The notes beneath the pieces are model-generated. The model did no database searches. It saw only the letters and a list, made by a program, of their open reading frames with translations, and was not told where the DNA came from. A stretch of DNA of 64,000 nucleotides, taken from positions 95,517-159,516 of IMG/VR virus record IMGVR_UViG_3300033121_000971. One strand, written 5' to 3'. How positions within the stretch are numbered: position 1 is the first letter of the stretch; the number at the start of each line of letters is the position of its first letter. This DNA is from a virus (taxonomy: Duplodnaviria > Caudoviricetes). Below are positions 20,636 through 31,954 of this stretch, in pieces. The translations under genes and the position numbers were made by a program.

Positions 20636-22636
20636 ATGTCCCTTTCAGATATTTTTGAGAAACAAGTAGAAGACGTAAAGAATCTTCCACCAGATGCAGT
20701 AAACTGGATTAAAGAACCTCCTACGTTTCAACAACATCTTAAGCATGGCTATGTTGATGTGGCTGGTAGTGATGTAGAGATATTGCTTTCTGATAAGCAA
20801 ATGAGCTCTGTATTAGCTGTAATAGGTACTGACCCAAGGAAGATATTTTCTCCAGACAGGTTAGTATCTCTTGGTATATTTTGTGTAGGTAAAGGTGGTG
20901 GTAAAGATTTTCTTATTGCTATCGTAATGGATTACCTTATTACTGTTTTACTTCATTTAAAGAATCCTCAACATTACTTGGACATGTCAGGTAATCTTGA
21001 TTTATTGAATGTAGCTCTTAAAGGTAAGCAGGGAGAGCGTGTGTTCTTTTCTGAATTTGTGAGCAGAGTAAAATATAATAAATTCTTTTTAGAGAATTTT
21101 ATTATAAAAGAAAAAGGAGCCAAAATAAATGAGCCTGAGAAGCCACAAGGAACTATAAATATTAATACTGATAACGCAGAATTCCCTCATAGGATACGTT
21201 GCTTCTCGGAGTCATCAAAGAATGAAACATGGGAAGGTTATAATGTTATATTCTTTGTATTGGATGAGATATCAGGATTCATGTCTGAAACTCAAAGAGA
21301 GAATGGATGGAAAATATTTGAAACAGCAAACTCAAGTTGTGTATCACGTAGCACAAGAGGGTTTAAGGGGTTAGGATTTGTAATATCATACCCTCGTAAA
21401 GAAAAAGATGATATTATAATTGAGCTTTACAAGATGTCTAGAGTAGAACCTTCTATGTATGGCTTGTTTGCTTTTAGCTGGCACTTTAAGCCTGCATTCA
21501 AGTTTTGTGGTGAAAGGTTTGTATTTGAGAACAGAAGATTCAACAGGTACTTTTCACCGAAGAGAAAATGCTCAGAGTGTGGAGCAGAAATGTTTTACTC
21601 TGATAAAGGTTATAGATGTCCTGACTGTGATTATTTTCAGTTAGATGAAGAGCCTGTAATGGGCATAGAGGTTCCTGTAGAGTACAAGAGAGATTTTGAT
21701 AGGAATCCTGAAGGTTCATTAACTAAATACTGTTGTCTGCCTCCCAGAGCTACTGGTGAGTGGGCTGAATATCCTGAGAAGTTTCTTGGAGCTATTGACC
21801 CTAAACAGAAACCTATGTTCCTTACTGAAGATTACATTGTTACTAAAAATGTTGAAGGTGAAGCTTATCAGTATTTAGCTAAGAGGGTTGTAGCTGTAAC
21901 AGAGGAAGATATGGATATAAGAAAGAAAGCTCACTATGTTGCATGGCTTGATAACGCTGAAGTAGCATGTGATGCTGTAATAGCTATAGCAAGAAAAGAA
22001 ACTATACAATTTTTAAATGAGAATGGTGTAACTATTACAAAAGATATCTGCAGGATAGTGGATGTTATACCTTGGACTCCTAAGCCTAATCTTCCGATTG
22101 ACTTGGAAAATGTAGAAGACTTCTTAACTAAGATAATTCCAAAATATATTAATCTTAGAGAAGTTGGAGCCGATAGATATGAAAGTGCGTTGCTGGATAG
22201 GAAGCTTAAGAATGTAAGTATAAGAGCTCACAGATTTAATCTTAACAATAAGCATTATGATACAGCTAAGTATCATTTCTATTCTGGTACTGTTCGCATA
22301 TTTGATGAAGAGCCTTTCTGTGACAAGAAGTCAAAGCCTATAGAGCTTACTTCTATCGAACAGATGCTTTCACTTCAGGCTGGAGATACAAAGCCAGACA
22401 AAAAAACTGGATTGAAGAAAGATAAGTCTGACTCAGTTGTAGGATGTATAAACTTACTTATGGGTAATGATTTCACTACAGAGAAGAAAAGACCGAATGC
22501 TCAAAAAGTAAATGTTATGGGTAAGCCTAGGAATGCTATAAATCCTTATGGTGGTGTTTCATATCAGCCACAAGTGTCTCCTACATTTACACCAAATGAG
22601 AGTCCTAAGAAACTTCCTATGCCTATTGGGGTATAG
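20636..22636 (+). CDS. terL: Terminase large subunit
   Basis: Walker A GKGGGKD, Walker B FFVLDE, ISYPR motif III, C-terminal nuclease acidic residues (WLDNA, KDKSDSV). Confidence 0.8.
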   Translation: MSLSDIFEKQVEDVKNLPPDAVNWIKEPPTFQQHLKHGYVDVAGSDVEILLSDKQMSSVLAVIGTDPRKIFSPDRLVSLGIFCVGKGGGKDFLIAIVMDYLITVLLHLKNPQHYLDMSGNLDLLNVALKGKQGERVFFSEFVSRVKYNKFFLENFIIKEKGAKINEPEKPQGTININTDNAEFPHRIRCFSESSKNETWEGYNVIFFVLDEISGFMSETQRENGWKIFETANSSCVSRSTRGFKGLGFVISYPRKEKDDIIIELYKMSRVEPSMYGLFAFSWHFKPAFKFCGERFVFENRRFNRYFSPKRKCSECGAEMFYSDKGYRCPDCDYFQLDEEPVMGIEVPVEYKRDFDRNPEGSLTKYCCLPPRATGEWAEYPEKFLGAIDPKQKPMFLTEDYIVTKNVEGEAYQYLAKRVVAVTEEDMDIRKKAHYVAWLDNAEVACDAVIAIARKETIQFLNENGVTITKDICRIVDVIPWTPKPNLPIDLENVEDFLTKIIPKYINLREVGADRYESALLDRKLKNVSIRAHRFNLNNKHYDTAKYHFYSGTVRIFDEEPFCDKKSKPIELTSIEQMLSLQAGDTKPDKKTGLKKDKSDSVVGCINLLMGNDFTTEKKRPNAQKVNVMGKPRNAINPYGGVSYQPQVSPTFTPNESPKKLPMPIGV

Positions 22637-22638
22637 AT

Positions 22639-22676
22639 TTTTACCTTTTTTCTTAAAGATATTATTTGTATACTTG
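22639..22676 (+). promoter_or_regulatory. Promoter class B (TTTTACCTT...TATACTTG)
   Basis: Related copies at 22908, 23353, 42688, 45700, 49976, 52687, 61557. Confidence 0.65.
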
Positions 22677-22875
22677 TATATCAAATTAACTAATAATTGA
22701 AAGGTGGGTAAAGCCATGGAAACAGAAATCACAGTATTAACAAATGTAGGTACAGCCAAAGTTAAAGGTCAGGTGGTAGGTGGCACTTATAGCGGTAAAT
22801 GGGCTAAGGTAGTAGGAGACAATGGCATTGTCTGGTTAACTCCAGTCAGTGCTTAAGACTAACCTTAGAAATTTT

Positions 22876-22902
22876 AATCCCCAGTAAAATGGGGATTTTT
22901 TT
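22876..22902 (+). terminator. Rho-independent terminator
   Basis: AATCCCCA-GTAAAA-TGGGGATT plus T-run. Confidence 0.75.
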
Positions 22903-22941
22903 ATGCATTGTTTTTTAATTTTAGTTGTGGTATACTTGTAT

Positions 22942-23337
22942 ATGTTTATAAATATACAAAAGGTAAGAAAGAAGCTTGCTGAAAAACATACCAGATGTAT
23001 ATGGTGTGGCAAGCCTACCAAGTATACAAAAACTGCTAAAGAGTTTAACATTAACAAATTTAAAGGTATACCTAATCTTACAGTAGACCATCTGCTAAGT
23101 AAGTTCTCTCTGTTAAGGGGAAGACAACCTCATCAATTAATGAGGTGTTGTGATAAGTGTAACAATGAAAGAGGTAGATTGGAACAAGAGTACGTGCAGT
23201 GGTTCTTGGTTGGGTTGGGAGTGACTACTAAAAAAGGGTGTATGCAGAGGGAAGAGAGACAAAAGTTGTTAGCAAAGCATCATTTTCATATGCCTATGAT
23301 TAACCCAGTAACAAAAATAACTATCTTCTGGAATTAG
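22942..23337 (+). CDS. Zn-binding HNH endonuclease
   Basis: CIWCG...TVDHL...CCDKCNNERG; start placed after the promoter at 22908-22938. Confidence 0.7.
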   Translation: MFINIQKVRKKLAEKHTRCIWCGKPTKYTKTAKEFNINKFKGIPNLTVDHLLSKFSLLRGRQPHQLMRCCDKCNNERGRLEQEYVQWFLVGLGVTTKKGCMQREERQKLLAKHHFHMPMINPVTKITIFWN

Positions 23338-23346
23338 GTACCAGAT

Positions 23347-23384
23347 TTTTACCTTGTTTTTAAAAAAGTTTTATCATATCTTTG
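23347..23384 (+). promoter_or_regulatory. Promoter class B
   Basis: TTTTACCTTG-N20-TATCTTTG. Confidence 0.7.
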
Positions 23385-24441
23385 TAGTATAAATAATTAA
23401 GGAGAGTATCAAATGTTAATAGAATTTTATACGTTAAAGGATGGGAAGTTTGATTATAAAACAGTAGACTCAGATTCTATAGTACAGTTTGATATAGTTA
23501 ATATTCCTATAACTAGGAAAGACGGAGAGTTTAAAAGGTTTAATAAACGTGGCGTTTTGCAGTTATCTTCTGGTGAACGGTTTCCATGTGTTATGGCAGT
23601 TATAAACCATTGTAAAGAAATATTCACTTATGAGCTGATTGAGAAGAGACCAGTAAGTGTATGGAAAAGAGTCGGGTCAAGATTTTCTCACAACATGAGA
23701 GAACGTAAAGCAGTGAACTGGGACTATAAAGTAACTGGCAAAAAAGAAAATAATGAGGTAACAGCATGACACTAGATGAAATGTATCACGAAGAGGTAAC
23801 AAGACAGGACGAAGAGTTTGATGAATTAGCCTACAGGCTGGAACAAGCTCAGTGGGAAAATGAAATGTATCTGGAGGAGGAAGGTAAGTGAGAGACGTAA
23901 AAATAGAACTGGAAGTATCATCTGAGAAGCTTAGAAAAGCTTTTATAGAATCTTTAATGATTGGGGTATCAGATGAGGAAGAGTTGGAAGCTACAGGACA
24001 GTATGAGATAGCATTTGGTATTTTATTCGACCAGTTTGTAAAGCATCAGGGAGAACTTGATGATGTTACGTTTATGAGAAGCCACAGGCTCTTTACTGCA
24101 CTCATTCCATGGGTTGTAGAAGAGACTTTTGAGAGAGATAAAAAATATAAAAATAGATTTGAAAAATTAAAATATACTTGTTTATGAATCCATTAAAAGT
24201 AATAAATTTTATAATTGGTTTATTGATTTGTGCAGTATGTTTTTACATGTCTTTCGTAGGATACACAATAGCTGGTAGTTATGATGCCTTAAATGGAAGT
24301 GATTTTCTATCTTTGTGGGAAGTGATATATGTAGGAGCTACCGCAGTAGGTTGGATGACGTTTGGTGTATGGGCTGGAATATCTGCAACAAGGGAATTAA
24401 ATACATATGTGAAAAGAGATTTTTTAGAAGATTAATAACGA

Positions 24442-24527
24442 GCTAGGGTATCCAAATTGGTGAAGGGGGCAGACTGTAAATCTGTTGCCACTGGCTGAAC
24501 GTGGGGGTTCAAATCCCTCCCCTAGCA
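24442..24527 (+). tRNA. tRNA-Tyr(GTA)
   Basis: GCTAGGG/CCCTAGC acceptor, GCAGA-CTGTAAA-TCTGT, long variable arm, GTTCAAATC T-loop; CCA not encoded. Confidence 0.9.
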
Positions 24528-24547
24528 CAAAACATTAAAGAAAATAT

Positions 24548-25486
24548 ATGCCAAAAGTAATAATAACAGTAGGACTCCCAGCATCAGGTAAATCAACTTG
24601 GTCTAGGGAGCAGGTAGCAAAATCACATGGTAAAATAAAGAGAGTGAACAAAGATGACCTGAGAGCTTTGCTTGATGCAGGTACATGGTCTAGGGACAGA
24701 GAGAAGTTTGTTCTGAAGATTCGTGATGCAGTAATAAGAGAGTCTATGGTGCAAGGATTAGACATTATTGTTGATGACACAAATCTAGCTCCGAAGCATA
24801 TAAACCATATCAAGCAGATGGTTGAACAGTGGAATAAGGAGCATGAGACTGTAGATTATCCAGCAGGAGAAGGTGGTGCAGGTGCTTTATATACTGTAGA
24901 GGTAAATGATTCCTTCCTTGAAGTTCCTTATAAGACTTGTGTAAAGAGAGACCTAGCCAGACCTAACAGTGTGGGAGAGAAAGTAATTCGTCAGATGTAC
25001 ATTCAGTTTGTATTAAAAGTTGATAAGATTAAGCAGGATAAAAATTTACCCCATGTTGTAATTTGTGACCTTGATGGTACGTTGGCATTGTTTGGAAAAG
25101 AGAATCCTTATGATAGAGATTTTTCTAAGGATGTGATAAGTTTACCTGTTCTTTCTGTACTTTCAAATCAGCTTATGAATACATATTGTAAAATTGTGTT
25201 TTTATCTGGTAGAAGTGGTAAATACGAAGATGTAACAAGACAATGGTTAATAGATAGTGTACGTATCGGTGGATATTTTCTTGAAGAGAATATGTATGAG
25301 CTTCATATGCGTAAAGAAGGGGATTTCAGAAGTGACATAATTGTAAAGAAAGAACTGTTTGATGAGTTTGTCAAGGACAAGTATTACGTAGATTTTGTTA
25401 TTGATGACCGCTTGCAGATTCTGGACTTGTGGCATGCTATGGGACTGTTTACATTTAACGTAAATCAAACTAATGAGGAGTTTTAA
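24548..25486 (+). CDS. pseT: Polynucleotide 5'-kinase/3'-phosphatase (T4 PseT-like)
   Basis: GLPASGKST, VNKDDLR, DDTN; HAD CDLDGTL, SGR, IDDR. Confidence 0.93.
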   Translation: MPKVIITVGLPASGKSTWSREQVAKSHGKIKRVNKDDLRALLDAGTWSRDREKFVLKIRDAVIRESMVQGLDIIVDDTNLAPKHINHIKQMVEQWNKEHETVDYPAGEGGAGALYTVEVNDSFLEVPYKTCVKRDLARPNSVGEKVIRQMYIQFVLKVDKIKQDKNLPHVVICDLDGTLALFGKENPYDRDFSKDVISLPVLSVLSNQLMNTYCKIVFLSGRSGKYEDVTRQWLIDSVRIGGYFLEENMYELHMRKEGDFRSDIIVKKELFDEFVKDKYYVDFVIDDRLQILDLWHAMGLFTFNVNQTNEEF

Positions 25487-26116
25487 AATGAAAATAAAGT
25501 CATATGAAGAAGCATTAGGGTTGATGCTGGAAGGTAACTATCCAGAAAGTTTTAAAACTTTTATGAATGCAGTTGATAATGCATGGCTTCATAATTCAAA
25601 TAAGATTACTGGAGCAGTTGTGTTAGCTTCTGAAGTGGCAGGATTAGATACTGGAGGTTATGCTCAGAGAGTAGAGTCAAACAAAAGACATCATTTAGTA
25701 GCTGACCAGTTTGAAGATTATATGAGGTGTCTTGGGTATAAAAATATAGCAAAAGATATATCGTCTAGAAGAGTAAATGGTGTAGATGGTTTTCATTTTA
25801 CTTTTTGGTTCTCTGTTGATGATGAACTAAGAGCTATGATGGGCGGTAAGTAATGGAGAAAATGAATAAAATTTATTTAGTAGAAGGTTCTAGTGGAGAA
25901 TACGAAGATTACCGTAACTGGATTGTAAAAGGGTTTTATGATGAAGAGAAAGCTAATAAGTTTAGTGACTTATGTATGCAGTTTGCTAACAGTTTGAAGT
26001 CCAAAGGTTATACATATACTGATATTCCAGAAAGTGAGTTTATTAATGCTCCAGACCCAGAATTTCAATTAGATTTTAATATTAGCTACATTGTGTTTCC
26101 AGTGGAGGTTGAATAG

Positions 26117-26470
26117 GTGTCTGTAGAGCCTAAATTCCGAAAAGTATCTGAGCTTGATGGGTATAAAGAATTCAAAGACTACTATGTCTTTCCCAGTGGT
26201 AACGTGTATAGTGTAAGAAAACTAACACACCACAAGAACAGAAATGGTTACACAAGAGTTCGTATGAGTGCTGGTGCAAAGAATAGGAAGAGTGTATTGA
26301 ATCATGTTCTTGTAGCTTTAGGCTGGTTGACTAATAAGATTGAAAATACGTTTCAGGTCAATCATAAGGATTACGACAGAGACAATCCAGCACTGGAGAA
26401 TCTAGAAGTAATAACAATGCTGGAGAATATAGCACATAGAGATGCTAGGAAAAAAGAAGAACCATTTTAA
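26117..26470 (+). CDS. HNH homing endonuclease
   Basis: GYTRV...HVLVA...VNHKDYDRDNPALENLE. Confidence 0.8.
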   Translation: MSVEPKFRKVSELDGYKEFKDYYVFPSGNVYSVRKLTHHKNRNGYTRVRMSAGAKNRKSVLNHVLVALGWLTNKIENTFQVNHKDYDRDNPALENLEVITMLENIAHRDARKKEEPF

Positions 26471-26473
26471 TAA

Positions 26474-26505
26474 CTTGTATTTACGAAAATTTTTAATTAT
26501 ATTTG
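26474..26505 (+). promoter_or_regulatory. Promoter class A
   Basis: CTTG-N20-TATATTTG upstream of RNA ligase. Confidence 0.75.
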
Positions 26506-26523
26506 AATAAGGAGAAAAATTAA

Positions 26524-27789
26524 ATGTCATATTTTGCAATAGTAGCACCGATAACAGTATGGAAGCACCCAGAGGCTGATAGATTACAGCTTGGTAAAAT
26601 CTGTGACTGTCAAGTAGTAACAGGTCTTGACACAAAGTCAGGTGACATGATGCTATTCTTTCCAGTGGACGGACAGCTATCAGAGCAGTTTGCTCAGGCA
26701 AACGATTTGATTCGTAGAAAAGATGAGAATGGTAATAACGTTGGTGGAATGTTCGACCAGAACAGAAAAGTTCGTTGCCAGAAGCTGAGAGGTCAGAAGT
26801 CTGAAGGCTTTGCTATTCCTATAAGTTCACTTTCATTTGCTGGAGATATTTCCCAGTTAAAAGAAGGAGACCAGTTCGATACATTTAACGGTGTAGCTAT
26901 CTGTAATAAGTATGAGACTCCTGCAACAAAGAGAGCTCAAGCTAGTCAGCAGAGAAAATTAAAGAAGTATAATAAAATGTTTCCTCAGCATCTGGACACA
27001 AAACAATTTAAATATTTTGCTGATAAGATAAAAGTTGGTAGTGTAATATATACTTCAACTAAGTTACATGGAACGTCAGGTCGTTTTGGTTATGTAGAAG
27101 AGCCTATTACTTATGGCTGGTTCAAGAAACTTATAAATAAGGTTTTACCTTTAAAAGAAAATAAGTGGACTGAGATAAGCGGAACACGTAGAGTTGTTCT
27201 TGACTTACAGCCTGCTGTTACAGAGTACTATGGAGGTGATTTCAGAGAGAGAAGTGTATCTTCCTTAAGAGGTAAGCTTAACAAGGGAGAGGTAGTTTAC
27301 TTTGAAGTTGTTGGTTACTCAGACCTTGGTGCTCCTATCATGCCTACTGTATCTACTAGCAAGCTACAGGATAAAGCTATTGAGAAGCAGTTTGGAAAAA
27401 CTATGACCTATAAATATGGTTGTGCTGATGGTGAGCATAAAATATTTGTATACAGAATTACAATGGTAAATGAAGATGGTTTACAGGTTGACCTTGATGT
27501 AGAATCTGTTAAGAAAAGATGTGTAACTTTAGGAGTACCTTATGTACCTGAACCTATACCTCCGTTTATTTATGATGGAGATGTAGAGAAATTAAAAGCT
27601 CTTGTTGAAAGTTTGATTACTGTAAGACCTTCAGTGCTAGACCAGACTCATATTGAAGAGGGTATAGTCTTAAGAACTGGAGACTCAGTTGATATTGAGC
27701 TGTATAAAGCTAAGAACTATGAGTTCTTGGTTCTGGAAGGTGTTGTAAAAGATAACTCTGAGTATGTTGACATGGAGGAGGCTAGTTAA
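26524..27789 (+). CDS. ATP-dependent RNA ligase with N-terminal OB (tRNA-binding-like) domain, DRB0094/Rnl2-like
   Basis: HPEADRL...KLRGQKSEG; motif I KLHGTS; EEGIVLR; KAKN. Confidence 0.85.
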   Translation: MSYFAIVAPITVWKHPEADRLQLGKICDCQVVTGLDTKSGDMMLFFPVDGQLSEQFAQANDLIRRKDENGNNVGGMFDQNRKVRCQKLRGQKSEGFAIPISSLSFAGDISQLKEGDQFDTFNGVAICNKYETPATKRAQASQQRKLKKYNKMFPQHLDTKQFKYFADKIKVGSVIYTSTKLHGTSGRFGYVEEPITYGWFKKLINKVLPLKENKWTEISGTRRVVLDLQPAVTEYYGGDFRERSVSSLRGKLNKGEVVYFEVVGYSDLGAPIMPTVSTSKLQDKAIEKQFGKTMTYKYGCADGEHKIFVYRITMVNEDGLQVDLDVESVKKRCVTLGVPYVPEPIPPFIYDGDVEKLKALVESLITVRPSVLDQTHIEEGIVLRTGDSVDIELYKAKNYEFLVLEGVVKDNSEYVDMEEAS

Positions 27790-28978
27790 ATGAATAAGGT
27801 GCAAATGTATTTTACTGATAAGGATTTGGTTTTAGTGCAGTCACGGTATGGTTCTACAGTAAAAGTTGTCAATATTAAATTGAGTGATACTAAGAAATTA
27901 AGTAGATTTGTAAGTATGTTGAATGAGAAGATTGCTAAAGAGAGTAGTAGGTATTTGAATATGTCAAATGACGTAGATGACTTGTGGGATGGGGAGGATT
28001 ATTAATGTTTTGGTTCTGTAGAAAACCTAAAGACTGGGAAGTCTGGTGGGAAGGGTACTGGAGAGGATTAAAAGGCTATGGTCAGATGACTAAAGAGTAT
28101 ATTTATAGGTGGACTCAAGGTGAAAATTTTATGATATTCAATTCTGGATGGGATGAAGGCATAGAAGACAGAGGTAAATTAAATAAATTTATTGGAAAAT
28201 AAAATGGTTAAAAAGAAAAAAGTAATGACAAGATATTCCCCAAAAAGTAATAGGGGTATGAGGTATGTATTGAAAAGTGATAGTTTATTGTGGTATGCAA
28301 CACATTTTCAACCTACTGATATAACTGATAGTATATTAGAAGTTAATAAGCGTCTTTGCTGTAATGACTATGAGATAAAGTTTACACATGAGGGTAAAAC
28401 TATTACTATGGTTTCAAAGTTAGATATTGATTTATCTACCAATACAGCTTACATACCTAGGACAGACTATGAAGATGCTATAGGGGAGAACAAGTATTAC
28501 TACGTTGTTAGGTTAACAAAAGGTTGGTTTAAAGATAAGATAGAGTGCTATTTTTCAAAATACTACCCTTTGCCTAATTACTGTAAAAAGCAGATAATAC
28601 TTAGTTGTATAGAGGTTACTCCAGAAGTTTACAAGGAAGGTGAAAAATATAAATGAAAACAGATATAGATAGTTTACATAACGTTATAGCAAGTGGTGAT
28701 GCTGGTACAGTGGGTAAAAACTTAGTTAAGTGCCACGAACTTGCAGGGAACGTAGAAGTACTGGAAGATACAAAGATATGTTGCTTTGTAGACCATTATA
28801 CAGATGCAGGATTTATATTACCAATGCTTAAGGATGTATTTGCTGAGCATGAGCTTGAATTTAATGTGACTGTAGAGAGGAGTCTTCCGACTATAAGAAC
28901 ATCAAATAATAACATTATTGTATTTACTGCTGGTAATACAGAAGTATATACAAATGTAATTAACTTTGGAGAAGAAAA

Positions 28979-29908
28979 ATGATAATTAATTTAACAGAAG
29001 GTTTTGAGCCGTTTGGAGAAGGTGATATAGAATTTGAAGAAATGGTTTTTCCTTCAGGTGTAGAGCCTCATATAAAAGTAGATAGTTTTTATTCATCTTG
29101 GGACTGGACAACTGTTTATGAGAGAAGCAATGGTGAGGAAATTCAGGTACAAGCTCTTATTACTATTCGAATAGAATCAATGATAGATGTGATTAGATTA
29201 TTTCTTGCAACTGATGCTGTGAGGAGAAATATTACTAAAGATATTGGTGTCTTTTTTCCATATGTTCCTTTTGCTAGGCAAGACAGGTTTATGGTGGAAG
29301 GCGAGCCCTTCTCTTTAAAAGTGTTTGCTGACCTTATAAACTCTCAAAATTATTCTTGGGTAGGGTTTTATGATGTTCATTCTGATGTTACTTCTGCTAT
29401 TATAAACAATTCTTATAATTTTACAAATAAAGGTTTGTGGGAAAGTGTATTGACTGATGCATGGAGACAGTCTAATTCAACAGATAGAGCTTTAGAGTAT
29501 TATGTTTGTTCTCCAGATGCTGGAGCTTCAAAGAAGATAGGTAAACTGGTGGAATCAGTAAGACCTCTTCCTATAGATATAATACAGTGTAATAAGACAA
29601 GAGACTTGAGCACTGGAAAGATAACAGGACTAACAGTGAGCCATTCAGACCTTGGCGGAAAAGATGTTTATATAGTTGATGACATATGCTCCAAAGGTGG
29701 CACGTTTATGATGATAGCTAAAAAATTAAGAGAGCTGAATGCTGGAAAGATTTATCTGGTTGTGAGTCACTGGGAGAATAGTGCAAAAATTGGTGAATTG
29801 TATGATAGTGGTATAGAGAGAGTGTATACTACTAACTCAATGAGAGATATCAATTCAGCCTTAGCTTATGAAAGATTTCAACAATACAAATTGGAGGACA
29901 TTTTATAA
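28979..29908 (+). CDS. prs: Ribose-phosphate pyrophosphokinase-like (candidate ADPR-PP synthase, Adps)
   Basis: FPSGVEPH, PYVPFARQDR, DVHS, SPDAGA, IVDDICSKGGTF. Confidence 0.9.
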   Translation: MIINLTEGFEPFGEGDIEFEEMVFPSGVEPHIKVDSFYSSWDWTTVYERSNGEEIQVQALITIRIESMIDVIRLFLATDAVRRNITKDIGVFFPYVPFARQDRFMVEGEPFSLKVFADLINSQNYSWVGFYDVHSDVTSAIINNSYNFTNKGLWESVLTDAWRQSNSTDRALEYYVCSPDAGASKKIGKLVESVRPLPIDIIQCNKTRDLSTGKITGLTVSHSDLGGKDVYIVDDICSKGGTFMMIAKKLRELNAGKIYLVVSHWENSAKIGELYDSGIERVYTTNSMRDINSALAYERFQQYKLEDIL

Positions 29909-30345
29909 TGGATTTTTATTTAAGTGACATAAATTGTATTGACCGCTTACTTGATGAGTATAACAAGTATGGTAGGCTTATAGTTGCTTATGATTTTGAT
30001 AACACAGTATTTGATTATAACAGTAAAGGTATAACATTTAAAGATGTAATAAATTTATTACACAGATGTCATCAGGCAGGATTTCATCTCATAGTATTTA
30101 CTTCCTGTGATGAGTCTAGATTTGATGACATAAGGAAGTATTTGAAAGATAATCACATTCCTTTTGATGCGATAAATGAAACACCAGAATTTATACCTTT
30201 CAAAGGTAGGAAAGTGTATTATAATGTACTTTTAGATGACCGAGCTGGTCTTAAGAGTGCTTATGTACAGTTGAGTGCAGTAGTAGATAAAGTAGCAGGA
30301 TTACAGAATGAAAAAAAATTACAAACAACAGAGGAGATAGCATAA
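29908..30345 (+). CDS. Small HAD-like phosphatase
   Basis: VAYDFDNTV...FTS...LLDDRAGL. Confidence 0.7.
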   Translation: MDFYLSDINCIDRLLDEYNKYGRLIVAYDFDNTVFDYNSKGITFKDVINLLHRCHQAGFHLIVFTSCDESRFDDIRKYLKDNHIPFDAINETPEFIPFKGRKVYYNVLLDDRAGLKSAYVQLSAVVDKVAGLQNEKKLQTTEEIA

Positions 30346-30346
30346 A

Positions 30347-31954
30347 ATGAGTTTACACAATACAGACGGATATAAAGTTGACCATAGAAGTCAGTATCCA
30401 GAAGGTACATCACAAGTAGTAAGTAATGAAACACCCAGAGGTTCCCGTATAGCAGGAGTTAATAAAGTTTGTGCTGTAGGGTTACAGTATTATATGGAAG
30501 AGAAACTTATAAAAAGCTGGAATGAAAATTTCTTTCATAAACCTAAGAGTGAGGTAGTAGCTAAGTATAAAAGAAGGATTGAAAACTATTTAGGTGAAGG
30601 AGCTATAACTTATGAGCACGTAGAAGCTCTCCATGACTTAGGGTATTTACCAATTAAGATTTTAGCTTTGGCAGAAGGTACATTTGTTCCATTACGTGTT
30701 CCAATGCTTGTATACTATAATACATTGGATGATTTCTTCTGGTTGACTAACTATTTAGAGACAGCAATGTCTACTAACACATGGGGTATGTGCACATCGG
30801 CTACCACAGCTACCAGATACAGAAAGATACTTAATAAGTATGCAGATTTAACAGTAGGTAACAGAGACTTTGTACCATTTCAGGGACATGATTTTTCTTA
30901 TAGAGGCATGTTCAGTGAAGAATCAGCTAAGATGAGTGGTTTTGCTCACTTACTTTTATTTTATGGTACTGACACTATTCCAGCAATTGATTTTGCTGAA
31001 GAGTATTATGGAGCCAACTCAGATAAAGAAATAGTAGGAGTAAGTGTACCAGCAACTGAACACAGTGTAATGTGTATGGGTACGTTTGAAGATGAGATAG
31101 GGACATTCGAGAGACTTATAACTAAAACTTATCCTAAAGGGATTGTATCTATTGTTTCTGATACATGGGATTTTTGGAGAGTGCTCACTGAGTATTTACC
31201 CAAGCTTAAAGAAAAGATTTTAGCAAGAGAAGGCAAAGTAGTAATAAGACCTGATAGTGGAGACCCAGTAAAAATAATTACAGGGTATGATATATTAACT
31301 TATGCTGAGTTTACTGGCTATATGTTTGACTGGAAAACAATGAATCTTGATTACATTGCTGTTGAGAAGGAAGGTAAGTATTATTCTATAAAGAAAAATC
31401 CTAATTATCCATTTGAGTATGATGAGTGGGTTCTGGGAGAAGAGATTCCTGAAGAAGTAGTTAAAGGTGCTATAGAAACTATGTGGGATACTTTCGGAGG
31501 AACTACTACAGAAAAAGGCTTTAAGCTTCTTGATTCACATATTGGTTTAATTTATGGAGATAGTATTACTCCTGAAAGGTGTGAGTCAATTTGCAGAAGA
31601 CTGATGGCTAAAGGATTCTGTTCATCTAACATTGTTCTGGGTATTGGTAGTTATACATATCAGTATGTAACAAGAGATACATTTGGATTTGCTGTAAAAG
31701 CAACATATGGAGTAGTTAACGGTGAGCCTAGAAGTATATTCAAAAAACCTAAAACTGATGATGGCTTAAAGAATTCAGCTAAAGGGTTGATAGCAGTATA
31801 CTATGATGACCGTGGTGAACTTTATCTTAAAGATAATGCTACATGGGAACAGATGCATAACTGCGAATTTGTACCAGTATTTGAAGATGGAAAGATTTTA
31901 AAGAAGTATACACTAAGTGAAATTAGAGAAAGAATTAAGGAGCAGATAGGATGA
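30347..31954 (+). CDS. nadV: Nicotinamide phosphoribosyltransferase-like (candidate Namat)
   Basis: TDGYKVDH, HDFSYRG, PATEHSVM, VSDTWD, IRPDSGDP, IYGDSIT, TRDTFGFAVKAT. Confidence 0.93.
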   Translation: MSLHNTDGYKVDHRSQYPEGTSQVVSNETPRGSRIAGVNKVCAVGLQYYMEEKLIKSWNENFFHKPKSEVVAKYKRRIENYLGEGAITYEHVEALHDLGYLPIKILALAEGTFVPLRVPMLVYYNTLDDFFWLTNYLETAMSTNTWGMCTSATTATRYRKILNKYADLTVGNRDFVPFQGHDFSYRGMFSEESAKMSGFAHLLLFYGTDTIPAIDFAEEYYGANSDKEIVGVSVPATEHSVMCMGTFEDEIGTFERLITKTYPKGIVSIVSDTWDFWRVLTEYLPKLKEKILAREGKVVIRPDSGDPVKIITGYDILTYAEFTGYMFDWKTMNLDYIAVEKEGKYYSIKKNPNYPFEYDEWVLGEEIPEEVVKGAIETMWDTFGGTTTEKGFKLLDSHIGLIYGDSITPERCESICRRLMAKGFCSSNIVLGIGSYTYQYVTRDTFGFAVKATYGVVNGEPRSIFKKPKTDDGLKNSAKGLIAVYYDDRGELYLKDNATWEQMHNCEFVPVFEDGKILKKYTLSEIRERIKEQIG

